From Pristiophorus japonicus (Eukaryota), in NCBI RefSeq assembly GCF_044704955.1, contig NC_091999.1, forward strand, positions 50,406,001 through 50,470,000: a stretch of DNA of 64,000 nt, given 5' to 3'. Below are positions 1 through 12,719 of this stretch, one piece after another; the first letter of the stretch is position 1, and every line of letters begins with the position of its first letter. A program made the translations under genes and the position numbers. The notes below the pieces were generated by a model that did no database searches, had not been told where the DNA came from, and was given only the letters and a program-made list of their open reading frames with translations.

Positions 1-700
1 CTCCAACAGCTCACACTTTTGTCGTTGGTTGTTTTCTACTGACCTCGTATATTCTGGCCTCGTGTTTCGACTTCGCTGCTAGCCACCTGTGACGGTATTT
101 TCTGCATCTTCCCTGGGTCCCGATCTCCTTGTTGGTCCGTGCTGTACCTTTCCTGGTCACAACCTACCTGTTGGACCGTGCTGTACCTTCCCTGGGTCCC
201 GATCACCCTGTTGTTGCGTACCTTACTTTCCTCGAGTACCGATATTGCTGTTGGCCTCAGCCTCCGACCTCACTGCTGGTTTGTGATGAACCTTCCCTGG
301 ATGCCAACTTTATTGCCTGTCTTGGCTTCCCGACCTCGCTTCTGCGCTGTGCCTCACGACCCTGCAGCTGGTCCGTGCTGTTTCTTCCCAGGATCCCGAC
401 CTTACTGCTGGCCTTGGCTTCCCAACCTCGCTTCTGCACTCGGTCTCCGGACCTAGCTGCTGGTCTGTGCTGTACCTTCCCTGGGTTCCGTACTCCTGCC
501 GACCCCTGCTAAACCGTTCATGGGTACTCCGATCCTCGCCGGCCATCGATTCCCACCGGTCCTCCGATTCTCCATTCCCGCCGTCACCCAGCAATTGGTG
601 CCACGTATTTTTACCGGGGTTTCACTCGTTTTCTTGCCAATCGCTGCCCGACTTGGATGGATTGGAGACACCCGGTGTTTGCGCCACACACACCTTGACA
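1..700. repeat. GC-rich repeat block R, copy 1, with internal degenerate ~35-42 bp repeats (GCTGTACCTTCCCTGGGTCCCGA core)
   Basis: The core motif recurs many times. The block is colinear with 7538-8308: both start CCAAC..CACACTTTTGTCGTTGGTTGTTTTCT and end GTGTTTGCGCCACA. Confidence 0.8.
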
Positions 701-3700
701 CCCATGCAGCAGAGCCTCGTCTCCAATCATCTTGCATCCCCTTGCCATTGGACCAAGACTTAGTCTGTCAGGTTCGGTGGTAGCTCGTGTGCAAGGGACA
801 CACCTCAGTAATATAATTCATGCAGGGGTATCTTCTAACCTTTAAAATGAAGTTCAGGACCTGGAAACTTTAGGCCCCTCATGGACAATCCCAACATTAA
901 CAGACCAGAACGTCATACTGCTGCCATTGTCCGGGAACTGAGATGCTTCGACATCGACAACACTGCCCTGAGTGATACAAAGTGGGCAGGACAAGGTCAG
1001 CTCAAGGAACTAGATGGTTGATACACATTCTCAAACGGCACACCAGAAGAATAACACCGTCTCAATGGGGCATACGCACCAACCCTGGAAACTACGGACA
1101 CGGACAAAGAGGAATTCTACTCCAGCCTGGAACAATCCCTGTCCCGACTCCCAATAGGCAACACGCTGATTATTCTTGATGACTTTAACGGCAGAGTTGC
1201 AAAGGACACAGACCTCATGAGAGGGGTGATTGCCAGGGAAGGATTAGGGAAAACTAACTCCAATGGGATCCTCCTCCTGAGGAATTGCTTATAACATGGT
1301 CTTGTCATATCCAACACCTTGATTCGTCAGAATGACTACTACAAGGCCACATCGCAACACCCTCGTTCCAGGCACTGGCATCCGATTGAGGGACCACAAG
1401 GATGTCCGCATCACTCATGACATGACAGGAGCTGCTGACTGCTGCATTGACCACCGCCTAATCCGTTCTATTATCTCCATCAATATAGCCTCAAAACAGC
1501 AGGGGCAACATAAATCCTGCCGTAAAAAATCAACATTGAAGGTCTCAAAGACCCTGCAAAGAAAGTCCTAATCAGCCAACTGCTCACAGCCTACCTAACG
1601 ACTTCCAATCAACCAAAGCCGCAGAGTGTCCATAGTGCCTGTTCTGCCCTAAATCCACTAAAATTAGCATCTGCGAATAAACACTTGGCTACAATACCAG
1701 AAAATTTCAAAACTGGTTCGATGCGAATGACCAAGAGATCCAGGAGCTAATAAACCGCAAACGCAAATCATTTCTGAATTGGAAACAACACCACAACTCG
1801 AGTGAAAGCAAGCAGTTCTAGAGACAACTAAAGGCTGATGTACAACAAAAAACTGGTGACATAAGAACAGATGGTGGGTGGAAAACGCGCAGGAGATCCA
1901 GCAATTAGCTGACAATCATGACGTGCGTGGATTTTTTTTAGCACAATCAAGATCACCTAATGGCCAAGCACACTGTCCGATTCTGCAGAGAACCGAGAAT
2001 GGAGGAGTGCTCTTCATGGACAGAGAGGCAGTCATTAGCCACATGAAGGAGCACTTTGTGGATCTCCTCAATCAAGCCTCTGTCTTTGATTTGAGTGTCC
2101 TTGAACCCATCCCACAACATATAACCCGTCACCACATCGGTAAAATCCTGACCCAGCACGAGAGTGAAAAGGCTATCTGACAACTAAAGAACAACAAGGC
2201 CTCAGGAATCCCCGCCGAAGCACTAACATATGGTGGAGTAATACACTTGGCGCGAATTCATGTCCTCATATCCCTTAACTGGAAGGAGGAGAGCATACCA
2301 GGGCCTCTCAAAGATGCCGTAATCGTGCCCATCTTCAAGAAAGGTGACAAGTCCGATTGCAGTAATTACAGAAATTCGCAGGGAATATTATCGCACAAGT
2401 CATCCTCAATTATCTCCTCCCAATTAATGAAGAGCTCCTCCCACAGTCGAAATGCGGATTCCACAAACTAAGGGGCACAATGGGCATGATATTCACCGTG
2501 TGACAATTCCACGAAAAATGTATAGAGCTACTTCAATCTCTGTACATCGCTTACTTTCCTCTCACAAAGGTCTCCGAATCCGTCAACCATGAGGGATTAT
2601 GGAGTGTCATTGTTGAAAAAAAATATGTAGTGGGAACCTAATTGGTTAATAAGGGGACCTAATTAAGTAAAGCTAAAAATTAAAAGCAAGTTTGTAAGAG
2701 AAAAAAATACGTGCTACGAACATAGGGAAAATGATAGAACTCGAACGCTCAGGAAGATAGATCAACTTATCACAGTATAAACCAGACAGTTTGGAAAAAT
2801 ACATTCCAAGGCTAGGTTACATGGGGTAGTAAGAGATTACGGGAAACGAAAGATGATTGAAGAATATCTCACCTGATTCAAAGCAGTTAGGCAAAGAGGA
2901 GAAGAGCAAAGATTGATGTGACACTTAACTTATCAGATAAAAAGTGCACAAGGACGTAACGAAGCTTGCTTTCAAAGTAATTGCATTAACCAATTAATAT
3001 TTGTAATCGTAGTAGGTAGGCGAAAATTTTGTGATGCTGCAGGAAAACAACAAATGGAAAGCCTCTACATGGAACTTTCTGATTTTGTATGTATTCATAG
3101 ACAAACTTGTGTCGAGTATCTTTTTTAATACTCCATATCAGTCATTCTCAAATTTGGATCTCCTCTGAAATTTGTCACCAACGGATCTACTACAAACACA
3201 ATATAAGTGCAGAAGGAGATTAAGCAAGGCTGTGTCATCACAAGGACGCTCTTCTCAATCTTCCTCGCTGCAATGCTTCACATCATCTTTAAAAATCTCC
3301 CCACTGGTGTGTAGTTAATCTAATGGACAAGCAGGAAATTGTTCAACCTGTGACGCCTCCAGTACAGATCCAAGGTAGGTCCAGCCTCTTTCATTGAATT
3401 ACAGTATTCAGACGTTGCTTGCATTTGTGCACATTCGGAGCCCATACACCAAACCTTCATTGACACTTTCACTGGAGCATACGAGAGTGTGGGCCTTTCA
3501 TTAAGCATCAGTACGACAAACGTTCTCCAGCAACCCGACCCCGCTGCACAGTACTACTTCTCGATTATCAAGATCCATGTCGGGATCTTTGACAATCGGG
3601 ACCACTTCCCATAACTTGGAAGCCTACTTTCAGCAAGGACAGACATCGATGACTAAGTCCATCACATTATTCAATGTGCCAGTGGAGCCTTTGGTCGTCT

Positions 3701-4400
3701 GAGGAAAAGAGTGTGCAAACACCAAGATCTCAATCCCAGCAACAAGCAAATGGAGTAAAGTGCAGTCGTGGTATCCGCCCTCTTCTATGCTTCAGAGACA
3801 TGAACTATGTACAGTAGGCACCTCAAAGCACTGGAGAAGTAGCACCAATGCTTCCTCTGCGAGATCATGCGAACTTATTGGCAGGATAAGCGCACCAACA
3901 TCAGGGGTCTCTCTCAGGCCAAATTCCCTTGTATCATGGCATTTAATATGCTCGATCAGTTCCGATAGACGGGCCACATGGTCCACATGTCCGATACTAG
4001 AGTTCCGAAACAAGCATTCTTCTCTGAGCTATGTCACAGCAGGCGAGGTCGAGGAGGGCAGAGAAAACGCTTCAACGACACCATCGAAGCCTCCTTGATA
4101 AAAATTAGCATCCCCACTGACCCTTGGGAATCCCTGGCCCAAGTGGATCAGAAGAATCCTACAAGGCACCAAGGACTTCAAGTTTCTCCGCCGTGATCAT
4201 GTAGAAGCCAAGTATAAAGAGCAGAAGGAGTGAACGACAAATCAAGCACCCCACCCACCAGTCCCTCCAAAAACCCTCTGCCCCACCTGTGAGAGAGACT
4301 CTAAATCCAGCATTGTTCTCAGCAGTCACCTTAGAACCCATTTTAGTTTGGAAGCAAGTCATCCTCAACTCGGGGGTCTGCCTAAGAGAAGATAATAGGA
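700..4400 (+). mobile_element. RTE-clade non-LTR retrotransposon, near full length but degenerate (stops, frameshifts, internal deletions)
   Basis: From ATG 847 the endonuclease N-terminus reads RPERHTAAIVRELRCFDIDNTALSDTKWAGQGQLKE. RT segments include IVPIFKKGDKSDCSNYR and ELQYSDVA (decayed YADD). A C-terminal CPTCERD..SHLRTH motif and the RTE-type 3' end GGAAGCAAGTCATCCTC..CTGCCTAAGAGAAGA follow. Confidence 0.88.
2611..3140. mobile_element. Solo LTR (530 bp) inserted in the RTE element
   Basis: Starts TGTTG and ends TATCA, flanked by a perfect 5-bp duplication GTCAT (2606-2610 and 3141-3145). Removing it restores the RTE peptide GLWSVILKFG. Confidence 0.85.
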
Positions 4401-4429
4401 AGCACCTAATAACAGAACTACACACCTGT

Positions 4430-4875
4430 TAATTATAAATCAAGCAATACATCAAAATGAATTAAAATACAATTAAAGTAAACATTTTAAACAAATATTA
4501 AACTTTTTGAAAAATAAATGTAAACGTTTTCAAGAAGTTAAGTTAACATAATGACTTTTAAAGGTTTTATTATGTTTAAATGATTAAAATATATTTTAAT
4601 AATAACTGCAATCTTACACTGGTAAAATAAAACACTCTGCCTCCTTTTAACAGGTGCAAGATTTTCATGGGCATTCGCTAGGCAAATAGCCAAAATCTCC
4701 ACCATCAAATGTCCCTTTCCCAGGGATGCGGCCGATCTGTCAAGCAAAATCTTGACAGATTGCAATTTCTGTGTTTTCATGCATGCACATCACTCCCTGA
4801 AAGCTGGAACTTGCGTGGCACTTATGGCCCCATTGGCACCATGTATGCATTAAATGCCACGGAAATTCCTGGCCA
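4430..4875. mobile_element. Non-autonomous palindrome-rich repeat (MITE-like DNA-transposon derivative)
   Basis: Shares the ATCTGTCAAG-N6-CTTGACAGAT hairpin and a GAAATTCCTGGCC-like end with 8921-9500 and 61005-61640. Boundaries are approximate. Confidence 0.5.
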
Positions 4876-6101
4876 TTATATTTATGTAACTCTATATATG
4901 TCTAAACCGTGTGGGAGATATTCCCACTGTTATGATGCTCATTATTTCTGCGAACCAATCACCAACTTGCCGTACTGGACACTGGGCAGGGGAATGGAGA
5001 GGGATTCACAAATGGGACTTGTTCTGGAATATTCTCTTGTCCCTTTGAAACCAAAGCAGGGCAGTACACTGTAGGATATGGGCAAAATGCAAGATCTGAA
5101 ATGGAGGACTTGAAAGAACCTGCAACGACCATCAGTCCATCAGCTTCACAGCAGCTGTCCAACGTTGTAGAGTTTGCTGACTATACAATGTACCACTTGC
5201 TTAAATTGTGGCGTAAATTTTACAAATTCAATGTTAATTTTTTTGATCAGTATGATAATTGATGCAAATTCAAAATAAATGGTGGAGTTTCAGAATAAAT
5301 GTAACTTACGTTGATTGTAATGTATTATATACATGTTGAGAAAAAGCTGATGTGGCGACCTGGAGGGTCTGGAGCTGCCTTAAGGCGCTAATAGGAATAA
5401 GTAGCATTTCTTAATGTGCTGATATGTTGAGAACCTGTGATTATTCCATCACGTGCAAGTCAGAATGACATTTCAATGGATGCTGTAGCTATGTTAATAA
5501 CAAGCTATTGTCATCGTATGCATGACGTTTCGTTTGGCCATTTGTAAGCTGAACATGTTAAAACTGCAGGCTTAGCAGTTTAGAACAAAGGACAGAAATT
5601 TCAACTTGAGATTTCAGATATGGTGGTTTAGAACCACCGAACGTGAGATGTAAATGTCTTGATACTGAAACATTTGAGATAACGGAAAGCATCTTCCAAA
5701 GCCTACGTGCGAGACTCTGATCGCTTTGGAAGAGACATGGGTGTATACATTAACCAGTCACATGGGCAGAGCCAACGGTTGAACAGCTGCTAGTCACAGA
5801 CATATATGGATGTTTTTTATCATTGTAAATTGTCAAGCTTACGCTTCCGCACAATCATTTATAAAACCTGATGCAATTGTTTATCGGAGAGAGCCTTTGC
5901 TAATATTCTCTCCCCTGCATGCTTGTAATAACGTTTCTCACATCATAGCCTGCCCACGACCCAGGGTAGTTTCTTTCCACATCAACAACTGAGGAGTACT
6001 GTGAGGTAGGATGAGGTGGAGCAATTGGAATGATGTAAAACAAAAATCAGAAGCCACTATCAACCAGGACCCAGAGATTGTTTTTCACTCTTGAAGCATG
6101 C

Positions 6102-6365
6102 TGCCAGTGCGTCTGCCGTATAATACCGGAAATTGGGTTTTTGAAGTCCTTTTAATTGGACTCTGGATTTGTGGGACATCAATACACCAGAATTGTAAAT
6201 TAGGCTATATTTTACTGTCTGATACAAGCATTATTTTGCTTTCGATGATTACTAGTCGAAATCACCTAGCATTTTATATAGTGACCAAGAAACAAGTGTA
6301 GTTATCAGTTTAAATGGAGTTGGAAAGCTGAGGGAGAATTAAGATCAGAGATATGCAGAAATAAT
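6102..6365. repeat. Duplicated segment X, copy 1 (paralog at 8310-8575)
   Basis: Colinear match GCCAGTGCGTC..GTCCTTTTAATTGGACTCT..CACCAGAATTGTAAATT..GCAGAAATAA. Confidence 0.85.
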
Positions 6366-7350
6366 TCATCAATGATATAGATACAGGAATTGAGAGTAAT
6401 ATCTCCAAGTTTGCAGATGACACTAAGCTGGGTGGCAGTTTGAGCTGTGAGGAGGATGCTAAGAGGCTGCAGGGTTAATTAGACAGGTTAGTTGAGTGGG
6501 CAACTGCATTAAAGATGCAGTATAATGTGGATAAATGTGCGGTTATCCAATTTGGTGGCTAAAACATGAAGGCAGATTATTATCTGAATGTTGGCAGATT
6601 AGTTAAAGGGGATGTGCAACGAGACCTGGGTGTCATGGTACATCAGTCATTGAAGGTTGAAATGCAGGTGCAGCAAGTGGTGAAGAAGGCAAATGGCATG
6701 TTGGCGTTCCTGGCTAGGGGATTTGAGTATGGGAGCAGGGAGGTCTTGCGACAGCTCGACAGGGCCTTGGTGAGGCCTCACCTGGAATATTGTGTTCACT
6801 TTTGGTCTCCTAATCTGAGGAAGGACATTCTTGCTATTGAGGGAGTGCAGCGAAGGTTCACCAGACTGATGCCCGGGATGGCAGGACTGACATATGAGGA
6901 GAGACTGGATCGAATGGGCGTCTATTTGCTGGAGTCTAGAAGAATGATAGGGGATCTCATAGAAACATATAAAATTCTGACAGGACTGGACAGCTTAGAT
7001 GCAAGCAGAATGTTCACGATGTTGGGGGAGTCCAGAACCAGGGGTCACAGTCTAATGATAAAGTGTAAGCCATTTAGGACCAAGATGAGGAGGAACTTCT
7101 TCACTCAGAGAGTTGTTAACCTGTGGAATTCTTTTCTGCAGAGAGTTGTTGAGGCCAGTTCGTTAGATATATTCAAGCGGGAGTTGATTATGGACCTAAC
7201 GACTAAAGGGATCAAGGGGTATGGAGAGAAGGCAGGAAAGGGGTACTGAGGTGAATGATCAGGCATGATCTTATTGAATGGTGGTGCAGGCTCGAAGGGC
7301 CGAATGGCCTATTCCTGCACCTATTTTCTATGTTTCTATATTTCTATGTT
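6366..7350 (+). mobile_element. CR1 LINE, 5'-truncated 3' fragment
   Basis: ISKFADDTKLGG motif and ORF 6566-7249 (RPHLEYCVHFWSP..VVNLWNS), ending in a (TTTCTATG)n tail. Confidence 0.95.
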
Positions 7351-7537
7351 CCTACTGACCTGCTCCCTCAGGTCCTCTCTAAAATGTTTTCAGAGATCAC
7401 AGTGTCGGTGAGCACCTTAATCTTGGAGCGGTTTGCAGAATTGTGCATAGAATATTAACAATGTGTCTCCCCCACCCCCCGCGCCAGCCCCGCACCAGCA
7501 CCAGCACGCGGCTCTCCTGCGCTTTCCTATTCTCTCT

Positions 7538-8308
7538 CCAACCGCACACACTTTTGTCGTTGGTTGTTTTCTAGTGACAACGTTTATTCTGGCCTCGTGT
7601 TTCGACCTCGGTACTGGCCTCGGATCCGGGCCATGCTGCTAGCCTCCTGTGCCAAACTCCCTGATGGTCTTTTCTGTATCTTCCTTGCGTCCTGACCTCC
7701 TTGTTGGACCGTGCTGTACCTTCCTTGGATCCCGACGACCCTGTTGTTCTGTGCTGCTCTGTACTTCCTCGTGTCCTGACCTCGCTGTGGGTCTCAGCCT
7801 CCCACCTCACTGTTGGTTCGTGCTGTACCTTCCCTGGGTCCCGAGCTTACTGCCGGCCTTGGTTTACCGACCTCGCTGCTGCGCTCTGCCTCCCGGCCCT
7901 GCTGCGGGTCCATGCTGTACCTTCCCTGGGTCCCGAGCTTACTGCTGGCCTTGGCTTCCCGACCTCGCTGCAGCATTCGGACTCCGGATCCTGCTGCTGG
8001 TCTGTGTTCTACCTTCCCTGGATTCTGTCCTTGCTGCTGACCCGTTCTAAACCGTTCCTGGGTCCAGACCTCACTGGTTGTCCGTGCTGACTCTTTCCTG
8101 GGTCCTCGCGACCCGCCGATTACTGCCAGTCCTCCGATCCTCGCCGGCAATCGTTTCCCACCAGTCTTCCAATTCTGTAGTCCCGCTGTCACCCGGCAAC
8201 TGGTGCCGCATTTTCTTTACCGGGATTTTACCGGTTTTCTTGCCAATCGCTGCCCGACTTGGACGGACTGGAGACGCCGGGTGTTTGCGCCACATACATC
8301 TTCACCGA
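7538..8308. repeat. GC-rich repeat block R, copy 2
   Basis: Paralog of 1-700 with more internal units, followed directly by segment X copy 2. Confidence 0.8.
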
Positions 8309-8309
8309 C

Positions 8310-8575
8310 TGCCAGTGCGTCCGCCTGTGTAATGCCAGAAATGGGGTTTTTGAGGTCCTTTTAATTGGACTCTTGATGTGTGGGACATGAATGCACCAGA
8401 ATTGTAAATTTGAATATATTTTACTGCCTGATTAAAGCATTATTGTTGCTTTAGATGATTACAAGTGGAACTCACCTGGCATTTTATATAGGGCGCAAAA
8501 AACAAGTGTAGTGCTCAGTATAAATGGGGTTGGAAAGCTGCGGGAGAATTAGACTAGAAATAATTGCAGAAATAA
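8310..8575. repeat. Duplicated segment X, copy 2
   Basis: Matches 6102-6365. Confidence 0.85.
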
Positions 8576-8920
8576 GTCTTCTCCATTTTAAAGTTATACA
8601 TGCTGCATTCGTTTCATTATATTATGTTTTGGTTTCATGTTATTACCTTTAGGTAAATAACAAGAGTTAGTGTATTTTGGGAAGGAGAGAAGTAGATTTG
8701 TATCGAAAATCGGGCATTGCTTGCTGTCGAGGCGGGGAAGGCTGGAGATGCAAAACTGAGGCACTACAGCGCCACCGCTATCGGGAGAGTGTAATCAAAG
8801 CGTGGCACGTTTGCATAAGCAGTTTCCATTATAAATGTAGAGATAGGAACATAAAATGCGAGAAGTTCGCACAAAGATCGCAAAGATATAAGATTTCTAT
8901 TATATTATAGATAGATATAT

Positions 8921-9500
8921 GGGTCCTGAATTTGAGGTCTGAGGCATACACCCGGAGTACGCCACCGACACGAAAATAAATTGGTGTCTCTGGAGCTTTG
9001 GAGTCTTCAGGTCTTGGGACTCAATGTATATATCTGCATAAAGGCCAATGGATCCCAGGGAAGTAGGCGGTTCGGAAGCATTCCTGGGATCACCTGGCTG
9101 GGCCAGCCCAACCAATTAAATAGAGGGATTCACCATTACCTTATGGGGCTTCCAATTACAAAATAAATTCCCATAAGCTTGTGAGAAATCTCTCAATAAA
9201 ACACAATTCTAATAAAAATAACGAATCCCCTGTTCCAAATGAATGAAAAGTCCCTTTTATTAAGCATTTAAAATGTTTCAGGGGCATTCGGTGGGGCGCA
9301 GTTGGGCCCTGCACAAGGAAGAGTGTTTTCGGGGTGATCGCAGATGATCAATAAAGATGAATCTTGACAGATCGGAACTTCCGGGTTTTACGTGCATGTG
9401 CAGCGCATATGGAAAGTCAGAAGTTGCGGACCCATTCTGAGGACTTACGACGGCGCACGCTGTGCAGACACCATCATCAGCCCGGCTAAATCCGGGCAAT
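8921..9500. mobile_element. MITE-like palindrome-rich repeat
   Basis: Imperfect terminal inverted ends (GGGTCCTGAATTT ... AAATCCGGGCAA) and a degenerate copy of the family hairpin at 9346-9373. Confidence 0.45.
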
Positions 9501-9566
9501 TATGAATATTCATCATTTTATTCCAATCGTAAATGGACAGACAGACATATCGATAGATAGACAGTT

Positions 9567-9719
9567 NNNNNNNNNNNNNNNNNNNNNNNNNNNNNNNNNN
9601 NNNNNNNNNNNNNNNNNNNNNNNNNNNNNNNNNNNNNNNNNNNNNNNNNNNNNNNNNNNNNNNNNNNNNNNNNNNNNNNNNNNNNNNNNNNNNNNNNNNN
9701 NNNNNNNNNNNNNNNNNNN
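9567..9719. other. N gap (others at 14091-14371, 15144-16028, 19220-19515, 24900-25178, 55998-56222)
   Basis: Runs of N, mostly flanked by GATA/CTAT simple repeats. Confidence 0.99.
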
Positions 9720-10140
9720 TATATACAAACATATAGTGAATGTTGTTGATATAAATTATGACAGATAGTGCAATATATAGGTAGACATGCAGACAGACAG
9801 ACAGTCAGATACAGAGAACGGTACAGTGATGCAGAGAGATCGATAATACTTTTCACAAATCATTTTAATATTTTAAGAGACTAATGAGTAGCCTTGAGTA
9901 CAGATGGATAGATTGCCATGGTGAATGAATGTTTGTTTGCTGTTCGTGTTAAGAAAATGGAAAAGGCTCTTTGTCAACATGAGGGTATGGAAATCTCAAC
10001 GTGCAGTGGCATCTGATCTACAGCAATGTGGCATTGGGTACCAGAGTCTGTAATACTATAATTGAGAAAGGGGGACATGACATGAGCTGGAGATCTCCCT
10101 CTGTACTGACGTCTGATCTACAGCAGTTTAGGACTGGTCC
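9720..10140 (-). repeat. Inverted, more diverged copy of the local duplicon tail
   Basis: The reverse complement matches about 14830-15140, 18900-19219 and 24590-24899 (AGATTTCCATACCCTGATG..TAATTTATATCAACAAC). Confidence 0.75.
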
Positions 10141-10722
10141 CGGGACCGTAATAATATAATGCGGAAGGGGTGGAGGGGTGGGGGTGGGGGGGGTTGCCTT
10201 GTGTAGTGAAACCTGATAAAAAGTAGTGAGCGATTTGACTAAAATATGTAGACAAATCATGGTGGTGGGAGGGGGTGGGGCAGAGAATTGAATATCAGTG
10301 AGTACAGACACTTGAACTACTGAAGGTTGGGACGGGGTGTCAGTGTTTGTAATAATATAATGTCAGGAGATGGAAATCTTAATGAATACTGAACTACTAC
10401 GGGGCAGTTCAATTAGTACGAATCTTGCCCCATAGCCATTTACATCTTTATTTTTGAAGAATATATCAAGGTAATTATGAAGGTTACTAATAAAATCTGC
10501 TTCCACCTCCCTCTCAGACAGTGCATACCCTGTCACAATATCGCGCTGCACAAAAATGCCTCCTAATTTGCCATCTCTTTTAATACCGATTAACTTAAAT
10601 CGATATTGTCTGGTTACGATCCTTCCTCCAGTGGAAACTGTTCAGTTTAATTTACTCTATCGATATCTTGTCTAATATTGAAGACCACTATCAAATCTCC
10701 ACGTAATCTTCTCTGATCAAGG

Positions 10723-11170
10723 CGTCAGCGTTTGCTCAGCAGTCGCACCCGCACCTCTGACATCAGAAGGTTGTGGATTCAAGTACCGCTGCAACGATTT
10801 AAGCACATAATGTAGTCTGGCACGCCAGTGCATTGCTGAGGGAGTGCTGCACTGTCGAACGTGCCGTCTTTCTAATGAGATGTTGGTCTGAGGTTTTCCC
10901 TGCTCTCTGATGTGAATACAAAAGAACCCATGGCAGGGGAATTTTCCTGGTGCTCCGGCTAATATTTATCCCTCACCCACCATCATTAAAGTACATTATA
11001 TGCTCATTAATCTCATTGCTGTTTGTCGGGTCTTGCACTGCATCGATTGGCTGCTGCGTGCCCTACAATGAACAGTGGCTTCACTTCAAAAGTACTTCAT
11101 TGATTCTAAAGCGTTTTGAGACGTCCTGAGCTCATCAAGCGCGCTAAATTAATTCGTTATTTATTTCCTT
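10723..11170 (+). mobile_element. DeuSINE (SacSINE1/AmnSINE1-like tRNA-derived SINE)
   Basis: tRNA-like head with B-box (GGATTCAAGTACC), Deu domain GAGGGAGTGCTGCACTGTCG..GTGCCGTCTTTC..ATTTATCCCTCA, and an L2-like tail. Confidence 0.8.
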
Positions 11171-11174
11171 TCCA

Positions 11175-12350
11175 CACGCAAACAAGAAAAAATCTCCTTC
11201 CCTTCACCCTTCCCCCACTCCATCAGGGCCTACCCATTGGTTTGAGTAGAAACCTCTTTCCACACACTGCCAAAAGCCAGGGCTGCTCTTCGCGGTCTCA
11301 CGCTGTTAACTGGTGTCCCATAAGTATCTATCCCTGGCCCCCAGATATTTCTCATCTAAACGGCGCCCGTCGGGGCCGTCATCCAAAAACACAATATCAC
11401 GTTCCACATATATGCTAACGACACCCAGCTCGACCTCACCACTACCTCTCTCCACCCCACCAGTTTCTCTAATTTTTCAGGCTGCTTTTGTGACATACGG
11501 TATTGGATGAGCAGAAATGTTCTCCAACACAATATTGTGAGTACTGAAGCCAGCGTCTTTGCTCTCGCCACAAACTCCGTTCCATAGCCACCCACTCCAT
11601 TCCTTTCGCTAGCATCTGACTGAAGCTGAACCAGTCTATCTGCAATCTTGGTATCGTATTTGACTCCGAGATGAGCTTCCAACCACCTTTGCGCTCCATC
11701 AGCAAGATTGCCTATTTTAACCTCAGTAACCTCGCTATACACCACTCCTACCTCAGCTCATCTGCTGCGGAAACCCTCATCCATGCCTTTCTTATCTCTA
11801 GACTTCACTATTTCAACGCTCAGATGGATGTGCTCCCATCTTACACCCTCTATAAACTTTACCATATCAAAAGCTCGGCTGCCCGTGCCCTAACTCACAC
11901 CGACCCGTTCCTCCATCACTGACCTTCATTTGCTCTCGTTCCAGAAAAATCTCCATTTAAAACTCTCATTGTTTTTTTAATTCATCCCTTTCTCGCTAAG
12001 CTCTGTAACCTTCTCCAACACAACAACCCACCGACATCTGTGCACATCTCTAAATCCCGGCCTTTTGCGCATTCTCTTTGTTAATCACTCAACATTGGTG
12101 GCCGCACATATAGCTGCGTAGTTCCTCAGCAAAATAATTCCTCCTTAAACTTCTCCACCTCTCGACCTCGCTCTCAGTCTTTAAGACGCTGCTTAAGACC
12201 TACATCTTTGACCAAGCTTTTTCTCATCCATCCTAATTTCTTCTTATGAGGCTCGGTGTCAGATTCTGTTTAATAACTCTCCTGTGTAGCACCTTGGGAC
12301 GTTTTTCTTGGTTAATGGCGCTACATTGACATAAGTTCTTGTTGGTGTTG
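11175..12350 (+). mobile_element. L2 LINE 3' fragment, degenerate
   Basis: Peptide SSSAAETLIHAFLISRLHYFNA (L2 RT C-terminal region) and 3' end GGCGCTACATTGACATAAGTT..GTTG. Confidence 0.8.
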
Positions 12351-12719
12351 ACAGACGAGGAACGCATTGCTATAACCTTGAATTAGTAGATTGTGGTGTT
12401 TTTAAAAAATTAAATGGTTCGGCTCTTTAACATATACATTCAGAGTTTATTGACTGCCAATTTTAGAATTACAACATTCACAGATTCAAACAACATTTCG
12501 CAGCAAACAGCAGGTAAAGAAACAGACAATGAGAATTAGTATCTATGTTGAGAACCTGATCGCATTTCTCCTTGATGAAGCAACTAATTAATAAATTGTT
12601 TACTTTGACCAAATGCAAGTGTCCACATATCGAATCTGGGATATGAACCAAAATTTTATAGCGGCACAAACTGAAGCCATTCATTCAGATCGGAATTACT
12701 GATTGCAATTTTGCCCCTT

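Noticed and set aside
7398-7440. CACAGTG heptamer and ITVS|GTGAG resembling an RSS or J end
   Set aside because: No nonamer at 12 or 23 nt and no FGxG/WGxG motif.
8762-8790. CTCF-like site (CAGCGCCACCGCTATCGG)
   Set aside because: Only half of the motif matches, which is not enough without ChIP data or PWM scoring.
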